This document shows, piece after piece, positions 11,591-22,006 of a stretch of 64,000 nt of DNA. The translations under genes and the position numbers were made by a program. Each line of letters opens with the position of its first letter. Position 1 is the stretch's first letter. This DNA comes from Squalus acanthias (taxonomy: Eukaryota), in contig CM059432.1 in the NCBI GenBank assembly GCA_030390025.1, positions 117,554,001 to 117,618,000 of the forward strand. Reading direction: 5' to 3'. Under the pieces are notes generated by a model. It searched no databases. It saw only the letters and a program-made list of their open reading frames with translations, and was not told where the DNA came from.

Positions 11591-13106
11591 CTGATATGAT
11601 GGAACAAACCTCCAAAGTGTAGAAAGTCAACTCTCAGCAAAAGTACTGTGAAGACCCTTTCCCACTAACAGGTAAGAAAGCAGCTGTGGGTATTGAGTAT
11701 TTATTGGCATATTTCCATGAGATGGATTGACCCCCTCAATTACCGCTGTGTATTCACCGTGCTTTCACTGGCGAGTTTCAGGAAGCCCGGGAAACCCGTG
11801 GACCCGACGTTAAAGTCAAAAGTCTGTGTAACTGTCACTCTAATTGAGCGATTAACATATGGTAATTAGCAACCCGTCTCTCCCAAGGGGTTGCTCGCAC
11901 ACAGCCTAACTCGCTCCAGTGAAATGTGGAAGTCGGTGGGTTGGAGCCAGCTTCTCGACGGGCTGTCAATTTCCCCGGTTTTAACCCCCCCACCCACGCT
12001 CAAACCCAAGCGCTCCACCATGTTAAAATTCGCCTCATTGATATGACTTCAGGAAACCCTGCAAGGCCGGCCTAGTGCTATTTCAGCAAGTCCTTAGCTT
12101 GCTGTTGTCCAGTCCTGGCACTGGAAAATTTACCTTACTGTTTCAAGAGCTACAGTGCTAGAAAGTGATGAAACTGCTGCTAACTACCCCTTCCCACCCC
12201 AGTCCCGCTCCAACTCAACGACCCTAAGTAATGATAGGAATAGAAAATTACAGGGTATATTGCACTTATTTTAGGCCTGGCAACAGCCAACTTCAGGTCA
12301 ATTTAATTTTGCACAGTGGGTTTCAAACAGGCATTAGGCCCCTTATTTCCATATGCAAAGGGTCTAACAGCTGATTCAGGTGCGATCCCTGGACGCCTTT
12401 CTTTTGCCTAAACCCCCCCGCCTCTCTACCTTTCTTTCCTCCTTTAAGACACTCCTTAAAACCTACCTCTTTGACCAAGCTTTTGGTCACCTGCCCTAAT
12501 TTCTCCTTATGTGGCTCGGTGTCAAATTTTTTGTCTTAAAATACTCCTGTGAAGCGCCTTGTTAAAGGCACTATATAAATACAAGAAGTTGTTGTTGTTG
12601 TTGTATACCAGTAAGATGATGGTGCACTTCTGGCTTGTAATGAGTGCACTTCCTGCCTGCCATATTGGAGGCTTAGACGCCTCATTTAGCGCCCGGAAAA
12701 CGGGTGTGGCACCATGGAATGTTTAGGCCATGGTTCTTAAAGACAATCACTAAGTTTACAATAGACGTGGATCTATCAGTTTTCTCCTCCACTTCCACCA
12801 AAATCACAATGAATGCTGCCTTGCAGTAAATTTGTAAGCTGGTAAATAAGGAGAAACTGTTTCCAGTGGCAGAAGGGTCGGTAACCAGAGCACACAGATT
12901 TAAGGTGATTGGCAAAAGAACCAGAGGCGACACGAAGAAACATATATTTACGCAGCGACCTCTTGTGATCCGGAATGCACTGCCTGAAAGGGTGGTGGAA
13001 GCAGATTCAAAGTAATATTAAAAGAGAATTAGATAATACTTGAAGGGAAAAAATTTACAGGGCTATGGGAAAAGAGCAGGGGACTGGGATTAATTGGATA
13101 GCTCTA

Positions 13107-14277
13107 AAAGAAAAGAAAGACTTGCATTTATACATCGCCTTTCACGACCACCAGACAACCCAAAGTGCTTTACAGTCAATGAAGTACTTTTTGAAGTGTA
13201 GTCACTGTTGTAATGTAGGAAACGCAGCAGCCAATTTTCACACAGCAAGCTCCCACAAACAGCAATGTGATAATGACCAGATAATGGGGGAGAAATTCAT
13301 TATAGCTCCTTTTGGGGCGCTAAAACTTCAGAACCAGTAAAATTAACGCCAGGCGCTAATGATGAGGGGCTCCTGTGAAATTCAGTTGTAGCGCTCTAAG
13401 AGGGAAGTGGAGCACTAAATCAAACGCTAACCAATTCCCTTAGAGCGCTAAAGGGAGTGAGAGGGGCGGTATCGGCAGAGTGCTGATCAATGTTCCGTGC
13501 AGCGCTGCCGGATTCGCAGCCTCCTTCCCTCCCTTAAAGGGAAGGGCCAATGCTCACAGCAGTTAAAGGTAAGGCTGGGGATGGGTTGGTGACGGCACCT
13601 GCGATCTGCGAAGAGCAGCCCCAAGCACTCTAAGAGAGTGCAGGGCTGATCAATCGCGGCAATTACATTTTTTTTCAAAAGCACAAAGGGGTGAGAATTT
13701 TTTTTTGGCCTACCTGACCACCAATCCCTTTAATTACCGCTCCCCCAGCGGCCGGCCGAGGTCACAACGCCTCCTGCAGCTGCCGTTGCTGATGCCCGGC
13801 GAAGCTGCAGTGGGCAGAAGCAAATTTAGGATCCGGGGCGGTAACGGGGTGATGCGCACCGGATGACGTCACAATCTCCGGGGCGCAGGCGATCGAAGCA
13901 GTAAGTTTTACCAGCGGCGCTACTCCCCATTCAATTTCACGGGGGGCGTTTCTTTTGCCGCGCCTGGTTGGTAAGTCGTTAGCGCCCCCGGAGTTGATAA
14001 CGGGAGGCGCAAAGGAGGCCAATTTCTAGTCCAATCTGTTTTAGTGATGTTGGTTGAGGGATAAATAATGGCCAGGACAAAGGGGCTAACTCCCCTGCTC
14101 TTCTTCGAACTAGTGCCATGGGATCTTTTATGTCCACCCGCGAGCGCAAACGGGGCCTCAGTTTAACGTATCATCCGAAAGACGGCACCTCCGACAGTGC
14201 AGCACTCCCTCAGCACTGCACTGGAGTGTCAGCCGAGATTTTTGTGTTCAAATCTCCGGAGTGAGACTTGAACGCAC

Positions 14278-14308
<31 letters not shown>

Positions 14309-14322
14309 AACTGAGCCACAAC
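13107..14322 (-). mobile_element. tRNA-derived Deu-domain SINE split by a MITE
   Basis: Reverse complement of the SINE at 36984-37450, with A/B boxes at the 14265-14320 end. Confidence 0.8.
13286..14032. mobile_element. Harbinger MITE with AAT TSD
   Basis: TIRs gggggagaaatt and aatttctagtcc. AAT is duplicated at 13283-13285 and 14033-14035, and the SINE rejoins as gaccagataatctgttt. Confidence 0.85.
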
Positions 14323-14884
14323 TCTACCAAAGAATCGAGACAGGCATGAAAGGCTGATTGGCTGTGCTGTATCATGCTATGATTGTATGATTCTATGATG
14401 TAGTCATCACAGCTGTAGATTTTGGAAAAATTAAAACACACTTTATTGAACTGACTGGCAATAAGACTATAAACATCTAATATATAAAATTATGTAAAAT
14501 TTACAGCACAGAAACGAGGCATTCAGCCCAACTGCTTTGTGCTGTTATTTATGCTCCACACAGGCCCCCTCCCACCCTACTTCATCTAGCCCTATCTGCG
14601 AATTCTTCTATTTCTTTCTCCCTCATGTACTTTTCGAGCTCATACAACTCATTTGCATAGTAAAGGGTTCTTGTCATTGCTGTCTCCAGCGTTGGTTAGA
14701 GTAAGAGGGTGAAGACAGATTCTCTTTGACTCACGATAATGCACTGTTCATTCAGGTTGTGGTACATGCATTAATTAGACAGGTGATTCACCAAAGGAGT
14801 TTTAAGGTTGAATTTCATTTGACAATATCCTAACATGTTTGCATATGTATGTCATTGAATAATGTGTTTTGTTTTGGACATTTT

Positions 14885-15655
14885 GGGCTAGAAATTCCGT
14901 AGCGCCTCGTTTGGGGCGATAACTTTTGAAATCTCGGAAAAGTATCACAAGGCGATAATCATTTTCTGGTCCCGGGAAATTGAGCTTTAGTGCTCCGAGA
15001 GGGAAGTGGAGCGCTAAATCAAGCGCTAACCACTTCTCTTAGGGTATTAAAGTACGAGAGTGGGGTGGTAGCGGCAGAGCGCTGAACAATGTGGAGTGCA
15101 AAGATACCAGCATCGGAGGCTGCTTCCCTCGCTTAAAGGGAAGGGCCAGTGATGGTGCACAATATATTTCTGCTCAGTTCTGTGTTGCCAGGCGACCTGG
15201 ACGACTGCCATTACAGCCCCAAACACTCTCAGAGAGTGGAGGGCTCGGACATCTCGCAGCAATGAAGCATCGAAAACTTTCAGCAGGCACCAGACTGGTG
15301 CAAAGAATAAAGTTTGGCCGACCTGAAAACCACTGCCTTTAATTAGCGCTCCCCAAGCAGCCAGCTGAGGTGACAACGCCTCCTCTTCCTGCCGTTGCTG
15401 ACGCCTGGCGATACAGCAGGGGGCGGGAGGCAACTTCACATCCGGGGCGGTAACGGGGCGCTGCTCACTTTATGACATCACGATCTGCGAGGCACTAGAG
15501 GGCGAGGCGGTAAGTGCTAGCGCCAGCACTAAACCAGCAGGGAAGTTCACAGGCATCGCTGAATTCGCTGCGCCTGGTCGCTAATCCCTTAGCGCCCTGT
15601 TATCGCGCCCCCCCCCCCCCCAGGCACTAACGGGAGATGCAAAGCAGCCAAATTT
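14885..15655. mobile_element. Harbinger MITE related to 13286-14032 (right TIR truncated)
   Basis: Left TIR gggctagaaatt and colinear similarity to 13286-14032 (gagggaagtggagcgctaaatcaa; acgggag.cgcaaag). Confidence 0.75.
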
Positions 15656-16074
15656 AAGTTATTTAATGGATTTCAGTTTAACGTTTGATTTTATCAATTA
15701 ACTGTACCTGTAAGACTAGCATCCGAAATAGAGTTTGTTCCGTGGATTAAATTCAGTGATTCTGTGGTCCCAGTGCAATGTAGTACAGTTCAGAGAAATG
15801 CCACTCGTGCTACAATAGCCCAATCTATCACCCACAATCCCGAATGTAAGGGTCCCTGTTGGAGTGTAGGAGCACTGATTTTACTCTCATAGATATATTA
15901 CTTGGAGAAGTGAATCATAGAGGTAGAAAATCCACAGGGATTCCCAGATCTCCCAGTGGAGCCTTGGTGGAAACCCCGGGAAAAGAGCCATACAACCATA
16001 TACACAATTTTTACTGAGTTTCTGCTGAAGATGCAGCAGATGATTAGGAGAATCCCTGCAGAAATTACTGCCGA

Positions 16075-16557
16075 TAGAATTTTAAAGCACAGAAGACGGC
16101 CATTTGGCCAATGAAGCCTGTACTGGCTCGGTGGGAGTCCGACTGCCCTGCTCTTCAAATGTTTCTTTTTCAAACATTTTTGAAAAGCTATTATGAATTC
16201 TGTTTCCACCACTGTTTCTGTTCAGGCATTCCATATCCTAACAACTCTTTGCATAATATAAAAAATTCGAGCCTCTACATTCTTTTGACGATATTCTTAC
16301 ATTAATACCCTCTTGTTACCAAATAAACAACCAGCAGAAATAATTTTCTGATTTATACTTATTCAAAGCCCTTATAATTTTGAATGCCTCTATCTGATGT
16401 TCTCCTAACTTTGTTCTGATGGAAAGAGCCCCAGTTTCTCTAGTCTCTCCTTGTAACTTAAGCCTTTCATTCTTGATATTACTTTTGTGATCTCTTCTGC
16501 ACTCTCTCCATGGTCTTAACATTCTTCCTAAGATAAGATGTCCAAAACTGGATACAA
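16075..16557 (-). mobile_element. Degenerate CR1 3' fragment
   Basis: Similar to the RT C-terminus and 3' UTR of other CR1 copies in the window. Confidence 0.6.
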
Positions 16558-18869
16558 TGGCTGGAATTTTCTGAGGGGTCAGCGGGTTGGATCGGTGGCG
16601 GGTCAGGTGGGAAAGTGTTTTTTTTTGACAGCGGGTCAGGACCCCACTGTCAACCCACCGCAACGCGCCTTTCCTAATGTTAGGTCTGTGAGCGCTGAGC
16701 AGACCCGACAGGCAGCGGCGGGCAACCCAATTAAACTCATTATAATGTACTTACCAGACCCTTAACGGGCTTTTTTAACTTACCTTTTCACTTTAGCTTC
16801 ATGGCCACGGGAACCACGCTGTTCGGGGACCACGGCTGTCAACCTGAGATGGGAGTTCAGTGGCCATTGTTCCAGTTGATTACTTGACAGCTTCAAATGT
16901 ACAGTAAGAGCTCCCACCTGACAGGTCATCACTTTTCTCAGCCACAAGCTGTTTCTCAGACCATTTCAAGCATAAATTCTGCAGTATATCCACTTTCCAC
17001 TCTCCATTCACTCTTACATTATTGGAAGAACTCTCTCACCATTGACAGAATGCTTCTGTCTTCTCTACTTCACAGGCCATCTATTCCATCAACATGGGTG
17101 CCCTTTATACTGTCTCACCTTGGTTCTCAGAATACCACCACGATCAGCCCCAACACCACCAGCACCAGCAGCACCAACAACAGCACCAACCTTCTCCGCA
17201 ATCACCTGATGCTGATAGGACACAGGGCATCAGTACCCGAGCACATTGCTGCCCGGGACGCCAAAGATAGACTCACCATGGCCAGATTTACTTCACTTGA
17301 CACTGTACACCCTGGCTGCCACATGATGTGCCAAGATGGTACCACCCCACGCCAACACCATAAAGCATCCCTACAATGTCCAAGCCATTCCTTTCATACT
17401 CAACACCATTGCAGGGGGTACCATTGTGTCTCACCATTCACTGCAACTCACTAAGCCACTTCCAAAGGTGCACACAAATCTGTCCAAGAACAGAAAGTGT
17501 TGAAAATAAAGTTTCAATGTTTGACAGCACAAAAACAGAAACTTCACATGAACATTGGCTAAAACACCCAAGTACCTACCCTTGTGTGTTGTTATAAGAA
17601 CATAAGAAATAGGAGCAGGAATAGGCCACTTGGCCCCTCAAGCCTGCTCCGCCATTCAATGAGATCATGGCTGATCTTGGGCTCAAAGCCACTTCCCTGC
17701 CCGCTCCCCATAACCCTTTGCTCCCTTATCTTGCAAAAATCTGTCTATCTCCACCTTAAATGTATTTAATGACCCAGCCTCCACAGCTCTCTGGAGCAGA
17801 GAATTCCACAGATTTACAACCCTCTGAGAGAAGAAATTCCTCCTCATCTCAGTTCTAAAAGGGCGACCCTTTATTCTGAAACTATGCCCCCGAGTTCTAG
17901 ATTTCCCTACAAGGGGAAACATCCTCTCTGCATCTACCTTGTCGAGCCCCCTCAGTATCTTATATGTTTCAATAAGATCACCTCTCATTCTTCTAAATTC
18001 CAATGAGTATAGTCTCAACCTGCTCAACCTTTCTTCATAAGTCAACCCCCTCATCTCTGGAATTAACCTAGTGAATCGTCTCTGAACTGATCCAATGCAA
18101 ATATATCCTTCCTTAAATAAGGAGACCAAAACTGTACACAGTTATATGGTATGATTGCACTAAGATGAGGGTGCGTGTGAGGGATGGCTTATGAGATGGG
18201 GATGTGATAATGCAGATAGAGAGAGAGGGATGGGTGGAGGTGCAAGGTAAGTTGGTGTGAGTAAGGATGTGCAGCGATAGAGTAGGGAAGACAGAGTGAT
18301 GGGGATGTGATGAGAGGCACAGCAGGATGAAGGTGAGTGTGGCTTTGTACTAACGTTTCGTGATCTAATGAGATCATTGAAAGGTTTGCGCCACTGCACC
18401 CAGGTCCTCCAGACGACATCTCTGATTGTGTCCTCCTCTGGAACCGGGCTGTGTTGATTTCTGGGGGAGGTGTCTTCCGCCCATGGGAAAGGAAGAGAAC
18501 CTCCCTGCGTGTTGTGACTCCCTCCATAAGCATATGGATGGAGTCATGGGAGAGCCTGGGTGCAGCCCTGTGCCTTTGTTCAGTCATTGTCAGTCTTTGC
18601 AGCACCTCAATACAGTAGAACACTGACAGAACAACTGTCAAAATAAAGTTGTCCATGATCCCTTTAAGGAAACCGGCTGATGACGCATCATGAATGACGT
18701 CACCAGACCCGATTCCTTGAATTGGCCCGGGAAGCGTGCTGGGCGAGCTTAACAAGTCCTATCAGCATAAATTCATTTTCCAGAGCGGGATGGAAACAGC
18801 AGCGGGCTTCGGGACTCACCACTGATGTCGCCTGCCCCGGACCCGCCTCGGTAGGGGAAATCTCGGCCA
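16558..18869. mobile_element. Internally deleted Harbinger (family D)
   Basis: Termini tggctggaattt and aaatctcggcca. Myb exon-1 remnant on minus at about 18350-18590 (HRAAPRLSHDS...QWRKPFNDL). A homologous inverted copy occurs at about 63045-64000. Confidence 0.65.
17597..18140 (-). mobile_element. 5'-truncated CR1 LINE with 6-bp TSD
   Basis: VQRRFTRLIPEMRGLTYEERL...RRNFFSQRVVNLWNSL. GTTATA is duplicated at 17591-17596 and 18141-18146. Confidence 0.9.
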
Positions 18870-18924
18870 GAGAAGCTGATCACCTGCCCTTTACAGAACC
18901 CGACAATATTTGTTCCATTGATTT

Positions 18925-19855
18925 CAATAGGCACAGACATGATGGGCAGAATGGCCTCCTTCTGTGCCGTAAATTTCTATGATTCTAGAATCAAAGTCAA
19001 GAAGAATCTTCAAAAGGTGGGCAAGCCACTCCGCTAGGTTCCCACCCAGGCAGCGAAGTTGAAAATTATCCTCCAATATTCTTAACTGTTGCCTAACCAA
19101 AGATTCATGAAGGTTTAGCATTAGCTCTTTGGCTTGTGCCATATGCTCTTGTTTATAAAACTTAAGAACTAAAGGTTTTTTTAACAACTTCATCAACTTG
19201 ACCTCCCACTTTTGAGGATCTGAATCCCTTCGTCCCTTTGCTCCTCTACTCCTTTTAAAGTTTTACCATTTAGTGTAAATGTTCTCTCCTTATTCTTCCC
19301 CCAAAATGTATTCCCTCGCATTTCTCTGCAGTAAATTTCATCTAGTCAATCTATTTAACCTATCTATAACCTCCTGAACTCACTTGCAGTACTCTTTGCA
19401 GTTAGCCATGCTCTCTAATTTAGTGTCATCAGTAGATTTTGATATTGTGACCCCTATACCCAAGTCCGGATCCTTAGTGAGAAGTGCAATAGTTCCAACA
19501 ACGAACCCTAGGGGTCACCAATGTTTACAGCCTTCCAGTCTGAAAAATATCCATTAACTACAACTCTCTGTTATCTGTCCTTAAACCAACTTTCTATCCA
19601 CTGCCACACATCCTCTTAATACTATGTGCCTCCTATGTGGCATCTTATCAAATATCTTTTAAAAATTCCTTGGCACAACATCCACTGCATATCCCTTATC
19701 AATGCATCAATATTACCTCAAAGAACTCTATTGAATTTGACAGAACTGACTTGACATTTGCCAATCCATTTTGACTTTCCTTAATTATCCCATGTCTTTC
19801 TCGATGAATATTAATTGAATCCCATAGAAGTCTACCCACTACCGATCTTAGACTT
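18925..19855 (-). mobile_element. Degenerate CR1 RT fragments
   Basis: Scattered similarity to the CR1 RT region, with many stops. Confidence 0.55.
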
Positions 19856-20211
19856 TATACATAGAAATTGTAAATAAAAGGCATTTGTTTAGGCAATACA
19901 TTTTGGACAATTTCCAACAGTATTAACCTGTAACTGGTAGAATACAGTAACATTGATGGTGAAGAATAAGGAAAACACAGAACTGTAATGATTACAGGGA
20001 ACAAACTCCTTGGTGCTGCGCCTGTTTTGCAGACTCCTATGGGTAAAAATTCAGTTGGTTGCGCCTCCCGTTAGCGCCTTAAATGGGCGCTAATGGGGCG
20101 TTAAGGCGCTAACGCCCGGGCGCAGCGATGTTTGCGCCGCTCGAGAACTTAACTTGAGATTGTGCGGCGGCGCTAAAACTTACCGCTGCGACCACCTGCG
20201 CGCGCAGATTG

Positions 20212-20356
20212 TGACGTCATTCCGTGGTGCAACGCCCTTGGGGCGCCCCGGAGCGGAAATTGAGTGGCGCCCCCTGCCTTACCACCTGGCGCTTCCAACG
20301 ACCGGAAGACTGGAACGTTATCAATCGGTGTGGGGCTGGGGGGGGCGCTATTTAAA
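20212..20356 (+). promoter_or_regulatory. Putative transposase promoter (CRE palindrome and TATA-like box)
   Basis: TGACGTCA at 20212-20219 and TATTTAAA at 20349-20356 upstream of the ATG. Both are conserved in copy 2 and in the MITE at 54315. Confidence 0.45.
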
Positions 20357-20551
20357 GGGGGCCTCTTCCTGTCTTTTTCTGTGGTCGACATTTATGCACC
20401 ACTCGTTCTGAGAGAGAGAGAGAGATTCGGAGAGAGAGAGAGAGAGACTTCTACATTGACTCAACGCTTTGTGAGGTAGTTTTGCCTAGTTCATCCTAAC
20501 TTTGCTGCTACTTTCGTTGCTGTACCTCATTACTTTTCTGGCAAAGAGAAT

Positions 20552-21712
20552 ATGGGGGCTGCAATGATTGGGGGCGTCGTCCTGCTCCAGCTCAATCGGA
20601 GGATAGTGAGACGCAGACAGAGAGTGGCAATGATGGCCAGACGGAGGAGGGCCATCAGGCGCATGTACAGGAGAGCTTACCCTCCCAGGGTATATCGTGA
20701 ACAGCTCTCCTACATCCACATGTCCGAGGAGCTGTGTTTGCGAAGGCTGCGATTCAGCAAGGAGGTGGTCACTGAGCTCTGCCACCTGCTGCAGCCAGAT
20801 CTGCAGCCTCAGCTGAGGTCCAGGACGTCTCTGTCGGTGGCAGTGAAGGTCACAGTGGCTTTGAACTTCTACGCCACTGGCTCATTCCAAGCTGCTGTTG
20901 GGGACCTCGCCAATATCTCCCAGTTTGCGGTGCATCGCTGCATCCGGCAGGTCACCAATGCCCTCTTCACAAGGAGACGAGACTTCATCTCCTTCCCTAT
21001 GACCCCAGACAAGCAGCATGACCGTGCTATGGGCTTTGCGAGGGTAGCGGGCTTCCCCATGGTGCAGGGCGCCATTGACTGCACGCATGTGGCTTTGCGT
21101 GCTCCGCGAGAGAATGCAGAGGAGTTCCGGAACAGAAAGGGGTTCCATTCCTTGAATGTGCAGTTGGTCTGTGACCACAGACAGGTGATTCTCGCTGTCA
21201 ATGCCCACTATCCGGGCAGCTGCCACGATGCTTTCATCCTGCGCCAGAGTACTGTGGCAGAAATTTTCGAGGCACCGCATCAGCCAGTTGGTTGGCTTCT
21301 GGGGGACAAGGGGTACGCATTGAGCACCTGGCTGATGACACCGCTCCGTGCGCCAAACACCCCTGCTGAGCTGCGGTACCAGGAAAGCCAACAAGCAACC
21401 AGGAACATTATTGAGCGCACAATCGGCGTGCTCAAACAACGATTCCGCTGTCTGGACCATTCCGGAGGAGCCCTGCAGTACTCGCCTGAGCAAGTTTCCA
21501 AATTCGTAGTGGTGTGCTGCATGTTGCACAACATGGCAATCCTCAGGACGCAGCCAATGCCACCAGGCCTTGCAGCACCACAAGAGGAGGAGGAGGAAGA
21601 GGAGGAACAGGCCGAGGACGATGATCAGCAGCAGTACCAAGGCAGGAGGGCGGCCCACAATGGTCAAACTGCAAGGGCCGTCCGTCAACGACTAATAGCA
21701 AGCCGCTTCTAG
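20552..21712 (+). CDS. Harbinger (HARBI1-like) DDE transposase, 386 aa, intact
   Basis: Single ORF with the HTH region (KVTVALNFYATGSFQ), the catalytic triad in GAIDCTH, LLGDKGY and [15 protein letters not shown], a CCMLHN motif and an acidic tail. Confidence 0.95.
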   Translation: MGAAMIGGVVLLQLNRRIVRRRQRVAMMARRRRAIRRMYRRAYPPRVYREQLSYIHMSEELCLRRLRFSKEVVTELCHLLQPDLQPQLRSRTSLSVAVKVTVALNFYATGSFQAAVGDLANISQFAVHRCIRQVTNALFTRRRDFISFPMTPDKQHDRAMGFARVAGFPMVQGAIDCTHVALRAPRENAEEFRNRKGFHSLNVQLVCDHRQVILAVNAHYPGSCHDAFILRQSTVAEIFEAPHQPVGWLLGDKGYALSTWLMTPLRAPNTPAELRYQESQQATRNIIERTIGVLKQRFRCLDHSGGALQYSPEQVSKFVVVCCMLHNMAILRTQPMPPGLAAPQEEEEEEEEQAEDDDQQQYQGRRAAHNGQTARAVRQRLIASRF

Positions 21713-22006
21713 GGCCCCTGCCAGTGCTACAAACACGAATCAACCCAGCACGCAACCCCTAAGCCGGCCAAGGCACCAATAATTCCAACCACCAGCCATG
21801 TATATTTTGAATACAGAAACTTATTTATTGTACAAACTCTGTGTGTGTCAATTCCTCATGACAAACTCATAGAAATAAACACAAAAAAACAGTCAATAAC
21901 ATAACTGGTTCTCACAACCTGGAGATAATGTCCAAAACACTAAACAAAAGTTGGGCCATGAACCTCGGCCTTTAATAAAAAAATGACCAGCATTTTGGCA
22001 CACCTC

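Larger units (their letters stand above)
5122..12036. mobile_element. Degenerate PIF/Harbinger transposon (family B) carrying two nested insertions
   Basis: Imperfect TIRs ggccccgatattaac and gttaaaattcgcctc. A Myb/SANT gene lies on + and a deleted transposase on -, in the same convergent layout as the intact element. Confidence 0.65.
12840..14400 (+). mobile_element. CR1 LINE 3' end interrupted by a SINE
   Basis: CR1 C-terminal and 3' UTR sequence at 12840-13105 resumes at about 14323 and ends in an (attctatg)-like tail. Confidence 0.7.

Noticed and set aside
20552..21712. Domesticated host gene HARBI1
   Set aside because: It is intronless, lies within TIRs and a TSD, is paired with a Myb gene and has several paralogous copies in the window, so it is a transposon transposase.
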